Assembly: GCA_045598845.1 (NCBI GenBank)
Contig: JAZRUY010000034.1
Coordinates: 7,604-71,603 of the forward strand
DNA from: Victivallaceae bacterium
GTDB taxonomy: Bacteria; Verrucomicrobiota; Lentisphaeria; Victivallales; Victivallaceae
DNA length: 64,000 nucleotides
Direction: 5' to 3'
Part shown: piece after piece, positions 52,725 to 62,451 of the stretch
Layout of the letters: each line of letters begins with the position of its first letter
Position numbering within the stretch: the stretch's first letter is position 1
Translations under genes and position numbers: made by a program
Notes under the pieces: model-generated
Database searches by the model: none
Told to the model about the DNA's origin: nothing
The model's input: only the letters and a program-made list of their open reading frames with translations

Positions 52725-53967
52725 CTTGTGCCGCTTCTTGTTCGCGCCGCCGGTTTTCCGTTGATTCTCCCAGCAGTTCTTCCAGCCGTTTGGTCATAAA
52801 ATTTTGGCTGAGTTTTACTTCCGGCGCCCCCCCGGCATAGGATGGCGGACGGACGGTTTTTATATATACATTTCGGATAAGAGAACCGTCTTTCTCAAAA
52901 GTGTAAACCGCGGAAGCGCCGGGAACTGCTCTCAGCAACCGCAGATTTTTCATGCAGGTCTCGCAATCGGAAGCGTATGCCGTGATGGATGACAACAATT
53001 TTACCGCATCATATCCGCTGGCGGCATCACTGCCGGGGAAGACAAAATGTTCGTTGCGGTATTTTTTACGGAATTCAATTTGTTCCCGGGTAGCCAGCTC
53101 TTCGCTGTACAGGCTGGTGAATGCGCAATCCCCTGGATTACCGTCGCATTCGGTGATAAAAACAGGTTCATCCCAGTAATCAGGACCAACTATCAGTCCG
53201 TTATATCCGAGTGAGCGAATATATTTAACTACTTTTCCGCCGTAAAACGCATTCGCGGCCACGAGTATTGCTTGCGGATCGCAGGCCAGCATTTTTTTTA
53301 TATCTATGCTGAATTCATCCACATTTCCTTTGTATTTCGCCGCTTCAACTACGATACCGCCAAGATCCGCGAAGGCCTGCGATGCGCTGGCGGCTATAGC
53401 ACGCGAATATTCGCCGCCGTTTCCGGCATCCAGATTAACAACTATCGCCATCCGGTCATATCCGCGCCATTTTTTGACATAGGCGGCCAAGGCCTGTCCT
53501 TGAATACGATCGGAAAACGGGACTCTGAACAATAGTTTTTTCGCATTGTGCAAATCATCGTTTGTGGCGGTAGGGGTTATTGCAGGAATGCGATGCCGCT
53601 GCAGTATTTTTGCCGCCTCCAAAACTTCATTGGTGGTAAAGCCGAGAATTAATGCATTGGCGCCGTCTTTTATCAAAGCTTCTGTCGCTTTTGCGCTGCC
53701 GGTGCCCGTGCTTTCATTATCGCGTACGTCAAGTTCTATCCTCAGACCGCTGAATCCGCGTCCACGGTTGAGTTCAGTTACAGCCATTCGAATGCCGTTC
53801 AAGGTATTGCGTCCCTCAACGGCATTGTCGCCGGAAAGAGGCATAACAACACCAAGCACAAACGGAGAACGGGCAGTAAAATCGGCGCAGTTTTCCAATT
53901 CGGTACGGCAACCGGCTATAAATCCGGTTGCTATCACCAGCGGAATCAGGAAAAAACATTTCTTCAT
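52714..53967 (-). CDS. lipoprotein with type-1 periplasmic binding protein fold (LivJ/Peripla_BP_6-like)
   Basis: Start at ATG 53967 (MKKCFFLIPLVIATGFIAGC lipobox) with ATGA overlap on the lpxA stop. The body matches branched-chain amino-acid-type SBPs (LGVVMPLSGDNAVEG, ALILGFTTNE). Charged C-terminal tail. Confidence 0.72.
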   Translation of the reverse strand: MKKCFFLIPLVIATGFIAGCRTELENCADFTARSPFVLGVVMPLSGDNAVEGRNTLNGIRMAVTELNRGRGFSGLRIELDVRDNESTGTGSAKATEALIKDGANALILGFTTNEVLEAAKILQRHRIPAITPTATNDDLHNAKKLLFRVPFSDRIQGQALAAYVKKWRGYDRMAIVVNLDAGNGGEYSRAIAASASQAFADLGGIVVEAAKYKGNVDEFSIDIKKMLACDPQAILVAANAFYGGKVVKYIRSLGYNGLIVGPDYWDEPVFITECDGNPGDCAFTSLYSEELATREQIEFRKKYRNEHFVFPGSDAASGYDAVKLLSSITAYASDCETCMKNLRLLRAVPGASAVYTFEKDGSLIRNVYIKTVRPPSYAGGAPEVKLSQNFMTKRLEELLGESTENRRREQEAAQDER

Positions 53968-54800
53968 AAATCTTCTTCCTCTTTTTGCGCGGTTCCTCGC
54001 ATGCACAAGGCGGCTAAGGCGGCATCGCCCGGCATTATACCGCGATTCCCGCTGCGGATAAATTCTACAAAGTGCGTTATTTCCGGGAAATGCAGTTTTT
54101 CATGTCCGGTTATCTCGTCCAGCGCATTACTGCTGTTAAGCCCGTGGAAAAAATATATTTTAATAGCGGTTCGGATAGCGTTGCGCAGTTCAGGGGAAAA
54201 TCCCGCGCGGCGCATTCCGATGGTGTTCGGACCGCAAATACATCCGTTTTCGGCCAGCATGCAAAACGGCGGAATATCCTGCCGTACCAGTGTACGCGCT
54301 CCTATCATTGCCAGTGAGCCTATCCGGCAGAACTGGTGAATCAGAATATATCCGGACAGTACTGCGCCGTCCTCAATAATTACATGCCCTGAAACTGCCG
54401 TCTGATTGGCGATGGTAACACGGTTTCCCACGTTGCAATCATGCCCGAGATGCACAAATGCCATAAGAAGAGTACTGTCTCCGACACGGGTTACTCCGCC
54501 TTCAAACGGTGAACGATGAACGGTAACATATTCGCGGACTACCGTATTGCATCCTATTTCTGTGCGCGATTTTATTCCGTGATGAAACCGGTGATCCTGC
54601 GGTTCTTCCCCTATCAAGGCTCCCATATATATGCTGGTACCGCTTCCTATTGTAGTATACGGAGCGATTTTTACATGAGTATCAATACGGCAACCGTCTC
54701 CGATACGGCAGTTATGCCCGATAACTGAATACGGCCCTATTTCAACTCCGGAGCCTATTTCAGCGTCAGAACTGATTACCGCAGTAGGATGAATCGCCAT
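53964..54800 (-). CDS. lpxA: acyl-ACP--UDP-N-acetylglucosamine O-acyltransferase
   Basis: MAIHPTAVISSDAEIG, hexapeptide repeats, HLGHDCNVGN, IHQFCRIG, GPNTIGMRRAGFS. ATG 54800 has a GAGGA SD 8 nt upstream; the track's TTG at 54806 is the alternative. Confidence 0.92.
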   Translation of the reverse strand: MAIHPTAVISSDAEIGSGVEIGPYSVIGHNCRIGDGCRIDTHVKIAPYTTIGSGTSIYMGALIGEEPQDHRFHHGIKSRTEIGCNTVVREYVTVHRSPFEGGVTRVGDSTLLMAFVHLGHDCNVGNRVTIANQTAVSGHVIIEDGAVLSGYILIHQFCRIGSLAMIGARTLVRQDIPPFCMLAENGCICGPNTIGMRRAGFSPELRNAIRTAIKIYFFHGLNSSNALDEITGHEKLHFPEITHFVEFIRSGNRGIMPGDAALAALCMRGTAQKEEEDL

Positions 54801-54812
54801 CTTCAAAATCCT

Positions 54813-55547
54813 CTAATTGCTTTCCGAAACCAAAGTTCCGGCGCTGAAATCGCCGTGCAGAACTTTATTTAAAGCCTGCTTATCGGAAAAGTTAAATACG
54901 ATAATCGGCATGGAGTTGTCACGGCACATGGAAAATGCGGTTGAGTCCATCACATTGAGTCTTCTACTGATGGCTTCGTCGAAAGAAAGGTGTTCAAAAC
55001 GTTTAGCGGACGGATCCTTGAACGGGTCAGCGGTGTATATGCCGTCCACTTTTGTCGCTTTCAGAATCACTTCACAGCCGCATTCCAGCGCGCGCAAAGC
55101 CGCCGTGGTGTCGGTAGTGAAAAACGGGCTGCCTGTTCCGCCCGCGAAAATTACCGGTCGTCCTGTGTTCAGTGCGGCGAAGGTCAATTCCCGATCGAAA
55201 CGCGGCGCAATCGGCTCCATCCCCACAGAACATTGTACGAGGGCGTCTATTCCGTCTGCCCGGAAGAAATCCCGTAGGCAAAGCGCATTCATTACGGTGG
55301 CCAGCATACCCATTTTATCCGCATTGACACGGTCGAAATCTTCGGACCCCATCACTCCGCGCCAGATATTTCCCGCTCCTACTACCAATACCACCTGGAT
55401 ACCGTGTTTAACAACATCCGCGACTCTTCCTGTTACCGAGCGTATTGCTTCGGCATCATATCCGTGTGTTTTTTCTCCTTTGAGCGCTTCACCGCTTATC
55501 TTGAGCAAAACCCGTTTGAATTTGAATTCGCTGCCCATGACCGTCAA
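54813..55547 (-). CDS. pyrH: UMP kinase
   Basis: 244 aa. RVLLKISGEAL, VVGAGNIWRG, GTGSPFFTTDTTAALRA, KATKVDGIY motifs. Confidence 0.93.
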   Translation of the reverse strand: MTVMGSEFKFKRVLLKISGEALKGEKTHGYDAEAIRSVTGRVADVVKHGIQVVLVVGAGNIWRGVMGSEDFDRVNADKMGMLATVMNALCLRDFFRADGIDALVQCSVGMEPIAPRFDRELTFAALNTGRPVIFAGGTGSPFFTTDTTAALRALECGCEVILKATKVDGIYTADPFKDPSAKRFEHLSFDEAISRRLNVMDSTAFSMCRDNSMPIIVFNFSDKQALNKVLHGDFSAGTLVSESN

Positions 55548-55628
55548 CTCCCGGTTTTAGATTTGACTTTGATTTGTACGAATATATCATTTCAGCGGTT
55601 TTTTTGCTATTTATGAAGATTCTTCTCA

Positions 55629-55657
55629 ATGCATTTCCAGTCAAATATATGTATATT
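55629..55657 (+). promoter_or_regulatory. weaker promoter candidate ATGCAT-17-TATATT
   Basis: ATGCAT 55629-55634, 17-nt spacer, TATATT 55652-55657, upstream of the oxidoreductase gene. Confidence 0.3.
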
Positions 55658-55737
55658 ACTGTTGTGACAACAACGGATGGAGATATGTTCCTCGGTTAAG
55701 TCGGAGGATTGCGGAATAATTTAAAGGCGGTGACAAT

Positions 55738-56757
55738 ATGTGCGATGTACCCAAAATAAAAATCGGAGTTATCGGTGTGGGGGCGCTCGGCCGGCATCAT
55801 GCCAGGTTATATGCGCAGAATTCCGGATGCGATGTGGTAGGCATATTTGATGTATCCAAAGAAAACGCCGCGAAGGTAGGCGGTGAATTCGGTTTAAATG
55901 TTTTTGATGATTGGCGGAACCTGGCGGAGAGATGCGAGGCATTCAGCGTGGCGGTGCCGGCCAATTATCATGCGTCAACCGTATTGCCTCTGCTTGAAAT
56001 GGGTAAGCATGTACTGGTGGAAAAACCGATTGAAGCCAAAGTTGATTTGGCTGAACAGATGGTTGAAACGGCCGCCCGCAACCATGTAATACTCGGGGTG
56101 GGGCATGTCGAACGTTTCAATCCGGCGATGGATTTTCTGGAAAAATATCGCGCCTGCACTCGGTTTGTGGAAGCGCACCGCCTGGCCAAGTACCCTCCAC
56201 CGCGCCCTGGATTGCCGCGCCGCGGCACGGAGGTTAGCGTAATTCTTGATTTGATGATACACGATATTGATTTAGTGCTTACAATGATAGATTCCGAAGT
56301 GGAACGGTTCGATGTCGTCGGAATACCGGTTCTGAGTGGTTCCGAGGATATTGTGAATGCCAGAATAAAATTTGCCAACGGCAGTTGCGCCAGCCTGACG
56401 GCAAGCCGGGTGAGTCAGGAGCCGTTGCGCCGGTTTCGTGTTTTTCAAGATAACAGTTATATCTCAATGGATTACGGTAAATGTTTCGGTATGGTGCTTA
56501 CGCGTAACAAATTAGGTTTGGCGCGCAAGGATGTGAATTTAGATGAGAAAAACGCGCTTGCCGCGGAACTGGATGATTTTTTGCAAGCGGTACGGCGCAG
56601 TAAAATAGAAAACCGTGTCTGTCAGCCGCGTATTCCTGGAGAGCAGGGTCTGCGGGCATTGCGTTTGGCGGCGGCTATCGAGGCTGAAGCCAGACGGTAC
56701 AATGAACAGTACGGTTTTAAATTTTCACAATTTCATTCTGTTGACGGTATGATTTAA
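55738..56757 (+). CDS. Gfo/Idh/MocA family NAD-dependent oxidoreductase
   Basis: 339 aa. N-terminal Rossmann IGVIGVGALGRHHA, EKP motif (VLVEKPI), GHVERFNPA. Confidence 0.85.
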   Translation: MCDVPKIKIGVIGVGALGRHHARLYAQNSGCDVVGIFDVSKENAAKVGGEFGLNVFDDWRNLAERCEAFSVAVPANYHASTVLPLLEMGKHVLVEKPIEAKVDLAEQMVETAARNHVILGVGHVERFNPAMDFLEKYRACTRFVEAHRLAKYPPPRPGLPRRGTEVSVILDLMIHDIDLVLTMIDSEVERFDVVGIPVLSGSEDIVNARIKFANGSCASLTASRVSQEPLRRFRVFQDNSYISMDYGKCFGMVLTRNKLGLARKDVNLDEKNALAAELDDFLQAVRRSKIENRVCQPRIPGEQGLRALRLAAAIEAEARRYNEQYGFKFSQFHSVDGMI

Positions 56758-56808
56758 TAAAGCGGATTGAATAACTGTGTTAATTTGAAAAACACTGTGA
56801 ATTTTTTT

Positions 56809-57672
56809 ATGGAAATAAGCTGTATCGCCGCGTCTAAAATTAATTTATTCCTTCGGGTGGACGGTTGCCGCCAGGATGGTTATCATCTGTTGACTACCTT
56901 GTTTGTTCCGTTGCGGTGGCCGGCTGATTGTATCCGCGTTGATTTCAATTCCGGTTCCGGCATTGCATTGACCTCTGACTGTCCCGGACTTCCTGACGGC
57001 ACAAAAAATCTTGCCGGCCGGGCGGCGGGATTATATGCCGAAGCCGCCGGAATCGCTCCGACCTGGCGGTTTCATATTGAAAAGCGAATTCCGGTTGCTG
57101 CCGGTATGGGAGGCGGCAGTTCTGATGCCGCCGCTGTATTGCAGATATTGAATCGCCGATATAATGCTCTTCCCGAGGAAAAATTGCACTCTATTGCCTT
57201 GCGGCTGGGGGCGGATGTGCCTTTTTTTCTGCATCCCGTCGCACGAATTTCCGGCGGAATCGGGGATAAGCCGCTGCGCCGCGTAAGTGTGAAAAAATCC
57301 GCATTCCGGTTGCTGGCGGTGTATCCGAAATTTCCGGTAAGCGCCGGATGGGCATTCCGCCAAATGCTCCCGCCATCGTGTTCAGACGGTCCGGAATTAC
57401 TGGCAGATGCTTTGGAAAACGGGGATACCGCCGGTATTGCCGGATTATTACATAACGACCTTGCGCCTGCTCTTTATCTCAAATTCCCATGGTTGACTAT
57501 TTTACGCGATACTCTGAAAGAATACGGCGCATTGAATGCGGAAATAACAGGCAGCGGTTCTGTTGTTTATGCCGTTTTTGCGGATGAATCTGACCGTATG
57601 TCCGCGGCTGGCCGCTTGCGGAAAATATTTTCAGATTCCGTGAACATTCTGGATAAGATTGAATTGCTATAA
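56809..57672 (+). CDS. ispE: 4-(cytidine 5'-diphospho)-2-C-methyl-D-erythritol kinase
   Basis: KINLFLRVDGCRQDGYH, GHMP kinase motif PVAAGMGGGSSDAA. ATG 56809 preferred over the track's upstream start. Confidence 0.88.
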   Translation: MEISCIAASKINLFLRVDGCRQDGYHLLTTLFVPLRWPADCIRVDFNSGSGIALTSDCPGLPDGTKNLAGRAAGLYAEAAGIAPTWRFHIEKRIPVAAGMGGGSSDAAAVLQILNRRYNALPEEKLHSIALRLGADVPFFLHPVARISGGIGDKPLRRVSVKKSAFRLLAVYPKFPVSAGWAFRQMLPPSCSDGPELLADALENGDTAGIAGLLHNDLAPALYLKFPWLTILRDTLKEYGALNAEITGSGSVVYAVFADESDRMSAAGRLRKIFSDSVNILDKIELL

Positions 57673-57686
57673 TCCGGTGTAATACA

Positions 57687-58247
57687 ATGAACGGTATGGC
57701 AAAAGCGCTTTTTCTTGATCGCGACGGAGTAGTGATTGTCGAAGAGGGCTATCTTTGTGAGCCGGACAGAGTGAAATTGATTCCGGGGGCGGCGGATGCC
57801 ATGCGGATGGCCCGCGAGGCTGGTTATCTTCTGATTATGGTCAGTAATCAATCGGGTGTGGCGCGCGGGAAATTCGGGCTTGCGGATGTTGAACAGGTGA
57901 ATATGCGGTTGTCAGAGATGCTTGCCGTATACGGAGCGGCATTCGATGCCGTGTATTATTGCCCGCATCATCCGGACATAACCGGACCGTGCGATTGTCG
58001 CAAACCTGCTCCGGGAATGTTGCTGCGGGCGCAAAAAGAATTTAATATCGACATGAAAGACTCTGCAATGGTGGGGGACCGTCCCGGCGATGTTCAAGCC
58101 GGTGTAAACGCTGGGTGCGGCAGATGCATGCTGGTGCGAACCGGTTACGGAATGCAGGCTGAAAAAGACGGTTTGACAGATGGAATGGAAATCTTTAACG
58201 ATCTTTCCGCCGCGGTATCGGCGTTAGTTGACATTAAAACGGATTAA
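57687..58247 (+). CDS. gmhB: D-glycero-beta-D-manno-heptose 1,7-bisphosphate 7-phosphatase (HAD-IIIA)
   Basis: FLDRDGV, SNQSGVARG, CPHHP....C.CRKPAPGM, GDRPGD motifs. Confidence 0.85.
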   Translation: MNGMAKALFLDRDGVVIVEEGYLCEPDRVKLIPGAADAMRMAREAGYLLIMVSNQSGVARGKFGLADVEQVNMRLSEMLAVYGAAFDAVYYCPHHPDITGPCDCRKPAPGMLLRAQKEFNIDMKDSAMVGDRPGDVQAGVNAGCGRCMLVRTGYGMQAEKDGLTDGMEIFNDLSAAVSALVDIKTD

Positions 58248-58250
58248 GGC

Positions 58251-60170
58251 ATGAATGATCTTTGCTATGCTCTGCTTTTGACATTCTTTGAATGTACATT
58301 CGTTTTTGCCGCGCTGTCTTTGTTGTATTTTAAAAGAAACGCCATAGGCAAAGCGCCTTTTTATATGTCCTGCGGTCTATTGCTGTTGTTCGCCGGATTT
58401 CTTGGCGCCGCTGATTGCCGAATCCGTTTTCCCGGCAGTTTGGATTTTGAACTCGCCGGTCTGCTGCTGGTTTTGCCGGTGCTTACAGCGTATCTGATGG
58501 TATATATAACCGAAGGCACCCTGCATGCCCAGCGTATGATTATCGGTGTCATAGTGCTGGGAGGTATTTTCTTTTACATAGGTGAATTGGCCAAGCTGGA
58601 ATGTTCATGGCATGGTTTTTCGATTATTTCCGGCATTGACGGAGCCACATTGGGCAGTCTTTTGGCACAAAGCCGGCGTAAAATGATGATGTCAATAATC
58701 ATTACGGTGAGTGAAATGTTCGTATTGCCGATCGTTTATACTAAATTAAGCAATTTCAAAATCAACAGAATCGCATCTGTGTGGCTGGCAATGATGACCG
58801 CCATGTTGTGCGGAGAACTTCTCCGCTGGGGGCAGTTTTTCGCATTGCATATACCGTTTGATGTTTTTGGCGGCGATGCTGTTGCGCATTTGATTACCCG
58901 TACCTGGATGGCGGTATTGCTGGCGGGATATTTAAATAAAATCGAATTGGATATACGGACTGGTGAAAAAAGTCCGCTGGATATTGTGTTCGCTTTTATC
59001 GGAGGCTACGGCCGCAGTAAAGAATTGGAGCGAAATCTTCGCGATTGGACCGGCCGTTACAAATTGATTTTGGAACATGCGGATGAGTTAATCGTTATGA
59101 TGAACCGTTCTGGCGTCATCATCGATGCCAATCCGGCCGCCGCTGTTGTTTTAGGCGCTCAATCATGTGATGAATTAACCGGAATGCGGTTGTTTCAGCG
59201 TCTGACATTATGCGATGGCAGCGTTGTTCCTGAACTTGACCGGTTGACTGAACCGGTGCATTTCCGTTGTATTCTCAATAAATCGGTTCCCGGCGGAGAA
59301 AAACAATTACGTTGTTCTCTTTCTCCGGTAATCAATGCCGGACAGTTGCTGCTGGTGCTTATTGCCGGAGATATTACAGAAGAAATGCGCTTGACGGAAG
59401 AAAAAACTAAATTGAGCGAACAGCTTATTCATTCCCAGCGCATAGAATCGCTGGGGCAATTGGCCGGAGGAATTGCCCATGATTTCAATAATCATATCCA
59501 TGCTATTATGGGGCATGTGGATGTGATTAATTATATGCATCGCCCGTCTGATCCGGAGGCGGTGCGGCATTTGGAGAAAATTACCGCTATTGCGGAACAG
59601 GCCGGTAAACTGACCGGGCAGTTGCTCGGTTTTGCCCGCAAAGGCAAGTACCACGTGGAAAAGCTTTCTCCTGCGGATATTATTTCCGCCAGTCTGGAAT
59701 TGGTGAATCCCCGGAAACACCAGGATGTCGAAGTTTATTCCGATGTGCCGGATACACTTCCTCCGGTTCTCGCAGACCGGTTTCAAATGCAGCAGGTATT
59801 GCTGAATCTTATGCTCAATGCGCTGGATGCGCTGTCTGAAAAAACGGACAGCCGCAGACTGGAAGTGTCAGCCTGCCGTTCCGGTGATTTGCAAAGTGCT
59901 CTTGTCCCGCCGCCTGAGATTTCTGCCGAAAGCGCCCGGAATGATTTTATCTGTTTTATTGTGGCGGATAACGGGTGCGGAATGGATAAAGCGACCCGCG
60001 ACCGTATTTTTGAACCGTTTTTCACTACCAAACCGGTAGGCAGAGGTACCGGCATGGGGTTGTCTATGGTCTACGGAGCCGTTTCCAATCATCACGGCTG
60101 GATTCAAGTGGAAAGCGAACCGGGGCTGGGAACGCGTTTTCTGGTGTTTTTGCCTTCCTCCTGCGAATAA
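58251..60170 (+). CDS. membrane sensor histidine kinase (multi-TM N-domain, PAS-like, HisKA, HATPase_c; no receiver)
   Basis: 639 aa. About 6-7 hydrophobic segments, then a PAS-like region, H-box [16 protein letters not shown] box [11 protein letters not shown], and G boxes DNGCGM / GRGTGMGLS. Confidence 0.85.
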   Translation: MNDLCYALLLTFFECTFVFAALSLLYFKRNAIGKAPFYMSCGLLLLFAGFLGAADCRIRFPGSLDFELAGLLLVLPVLTAYLMVYITEGTLHAQRMIIGVIVLGGIFFYIGELAKLECSWHGFSIISGIDGATLGSLLAQSRRKMMMSIIITVSEMFVLPIVYTKLSNFKINRIASVWLAMMTAMLCGELLRWGQFFALHIPFDVFGGDAVAHLITRTWMAVLLAGYLNKIELDIRTGEKSPLDIVFAFIGGYGRSKELERNLRDWTGRYKLILEHADELIVMMNRSGVIIDANPAAAVVLGAQSCDELTGMRLFQRLTLCDGSVVPELDRLTEPVHFRCILNKSVPGGEKQLRCSLSPVINAGQLLLVLIAGDITEEMRLTEEKTKLSEQLIHSQRIESLGQLAGGIAHDFNNHIHAIMGHVDVINYMHRPSDPEAVRHLEKITAIAEQAGKLTGQLLGFARKGKYHVEKLSPADIISASLELVNPRKHQDVEVYSDVPDTLPPVLADRFQMQQVLLNLMLNALDALSEKTDSRRLEVSACRSGDLQSALVPPPEISAESARNDFICFIVADNGCGMDKATRDRIFEPFFTTKPVGRGTGMGLSMVYGAVSNHHGWIQVESEPGLGTRFLVFLPSSCE

Positions 60171-60877
60171 TGATGTATTCCCGTTTTCAAATCGCGGAAA
60201 ATCATCATCAGGCACTTGCTTTCTGGGCGGATAATTATACGAAGCACGGAGCGATGCCGGTGCTGACATTCGATCATCATACGGATACCAGACATGTATT
60301 GGCGCATATCCCGGACAGCAATATTCAAGCGGACGGACTTGTTGCCGCTTTTGATGCGGCAAATCCGGTATCCGTCTGCCATGCAATAAAGTTACTGCAT
60401 CATGACGAGCAATTTGATTTCGCTCTGCGGACCGGTATTTTTTCCCGGGTATACGGCGTTGTGCATTTTATTTCCCCTGCTGCAGAGGCTGATATGCCGG
60501 ACGGTATAAATTTGACTTGCGACCGCAGTTGGGGCGATGAAAATACGTTATTGAACAATCCGTCCAGGTTTTCAGCATGCTGCTGCCGTGTTTTAGAAAC
60601 GGACTGGCTCGAAGCCAGATTCTCCGAAATCGGTTTTTCTCCTGAAACCCGTCCGTTTGTCTTGGATATAGATCTTGATTTTTTTGTTACATTACGGGCC
60701 TTATACCCGAAAGAACACCGGCTTTTTTATCGATTGCTGCAAAATTGCGCTCTGCTTACCGTATCAATGGAGCGGGAATGGGTGAAAATATTGTCGGTTA
60801 ACCGGGCAACTACCGCGGATTCTTTACTGTCCGGGTTATTGGAACATTATTCCATTGCCGGCACTGACCGCATGTAG
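60170..60877 (+). CDS. hypothetical protein, UPF0489-like (arginase/deacetylase-fold-like motifs)
   Basis: 235 aa. ENHHQAL, FDHHTDT, HHDEQFDFA and LDIDLDFF resemble the UPF0489 family as I remember it. The start overlaps the kinase stop (TAATG). Confidence 0.5.
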   Translation: MMYSRFQIAENHHQALAFWADNYTKHGAMPVLTFDHHTDTRHVLAHIPDSNIQADGLVAAFDAANPVSVCHAIKLLHHDEQFDFALRTGIFSRVYGVVHFISPAAEADMPDGINLTCDRSWGDENTLLNNPSRFSACCCRVLETDWLEARFSEIGFSPETRPFVLDIDLDFFVTLRALYPKEHRLFYRLLQNCALLTVSMEREWVKILSVNRATTADSLLSGLLEHYSIAGTDRM

Positions 60878-60926
60878 AAACTTTTTTGTCTTTTGGTTTT
60901 TTGGTATTTGATTTTAAGAAAGAACT

Positions 60927-62258
60927 TTAATAACTCTTCCAGACGATATCTTTTTCGGACGGAGAATAATAACCGTGCTCTCCGCCCTGCACCCACCGGA
61001 TGCTCTTATACGGTGTTGCCAGATTGCGGTAACATACAGCCAAACCGGAAGGAGGACAGATATTGTCGCCGAGTCCGGCGCAGGTAATATCCACTTTGGC
61101 CGTCCGGATTCTTTTCGCCATGAATACCGGATCGTAATAATCCAGCGCCGGATGCCAGTTCGGGCGCCAACCGTCATATCTGTTTTTTTGCCGGTTGCCT
61201 TTCAGATCACAGCACCAGATGATGAAAGGATAAGCTTCAGTTACATCACTGTCGAGGGCTGCGGCCCAGATCGACTGCATTCCGGCTTGACTGCCTCCCT
61301 GTACAATCAGATCACGGCCGTTCCATTGCGGCAGAGTTTTGCCGTATTCCAGTATTCGCAACACCCGCATCGCCATCCCGTAAAAAAAAGCGGTCTCCGG
61401 ATTCTGATTTTCGCTGTCTTTTAAGGCATATCCTTCAAGATTTTTCATAAACTCCGCCCGCACCTCCGGAATCGCGTCCAGCGGTTGACCGTGTGCATTG
61501 ATTTCGATGCGGATGCTTTTTTTGTCGCCCCAGGTAAACGGTTTCTGTTCGCGTACTCCGTAAGCGATGAATCCGATGCGCAACGGCAGCGACTTGGGGG
61601 CGGCCTGTTCCGGAATCCGCATAAATCCGGTTACCGGGCGAGGTCCGGCGCACGGGATCGATAAACGATAGAGGATAACCCCGTCTTTGCGTTCAATTTC
61701 TGTGCAATCCGTTTTTGAAAACGGTACGGTCGCCAGCAGTTCCTTTTGGCGCGTCCAAAATGTATCAAAATCTTCCGGTTCTCCGCAGTCCTCCAACTGT
61801 TCCGGATATACCGCCGCTCCGGCGGAATAATGTATCGCCTGGGGATTGGATTTGTCTGCGGATTGCGACCGCATTACTTCGCCGCCGTCGGCATCGCGTA
61901 ATTCCACCAGTACATTGGCGAATCCGGGAGACGATAATTCCGTTTCCACGGTCAGAGGATTATCGGCAGGAGCCTCTCCTTCAATTTTATCTCCGCCGTC
62001 TTTTCTGCAAATCCAATGCAGTTTTAACATATTTGCCGGATAACCGGCGGTATCCGCGGTGAAAGTGAAAATCATTTTCTCTCCAGGCTGATAACTCAGC
62101 GCCGGTTTGTCGGTGGTGCAGTTAATGTGCGCTGCCCATGGAAGTATTATCTTATCGGCAAAACAATATCCGTTTGCAAAAAACAGCATACAGATAACAA
62201 ATGAAAAAGATGTACGCATTGAGAATCCTTTGCCCGTTTCCAATTGTGTCGAGTACAA
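60927..62258 (-). CDS. secreted alpha/beta hydrolase, acetylxylan esterase (CE7/AXE1-like) with N-terminal extension
   Basis: 443 aa. Signal peptide. GGSQAGMQS nucleophile elbow (compare CE7 GGSQGG). The C-terminal half has a typical AXE1 layout. Confidence 0.7.
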   Translation of the reverse strand: MYSTQLETGKGFSMRTSFSFVICMLFFANGYCFADKIILPWAAHINCTTDKPALSYQPGEKMIFTFTADTAGYPANMLKLHWICRKDGGDKIEGEAPADNPLTVETELSSPGFANVLVELRDADGGEVMRSQSADKSNPQAIHYSAGAAVYPEQLEDCGEPEDFDTFWTRQKELLATVPFSKTDCTEIERKDGVILYRLSIPCAGPRPVTGFMRIPEQAAPKSLPLRIGFIAYGVREQKPFTWGDKKSIRIEINAHGQPLDAIPEVRAEFMKNLEGYALKDSENQNPETAFFYGMAMRVLRILEYGKTLPQWNGRDLIVQGGSQAGMQSIWAAALDSDVTEAYPFIIWCCDLKGNRQKNRYDGWRPNWHPALDYYDPVFMAKRIRTAKVDITCAGLGDNICPPSGLAVCYRNLATPYKSIRWVQGGEHGYYSPSEKDIVWKSY

Positions 62259-62451
62259 AATTAATGTAGCATATTTTTAATAGGCGGGCAAGAACGCCCT
62301 GCCGAACAGCGGCAGTCCGTCGCATCTAAATTGCCTGTCGCCGGACAAGTGATTGAAAAGCGACGAAAATACGCTATTGTATTATTGTATGCGGTATAAT
62401 TAAAGTCATGGTATTCCAAAAACGATAAATCCTAAAATGCGTGGAGAAAAA

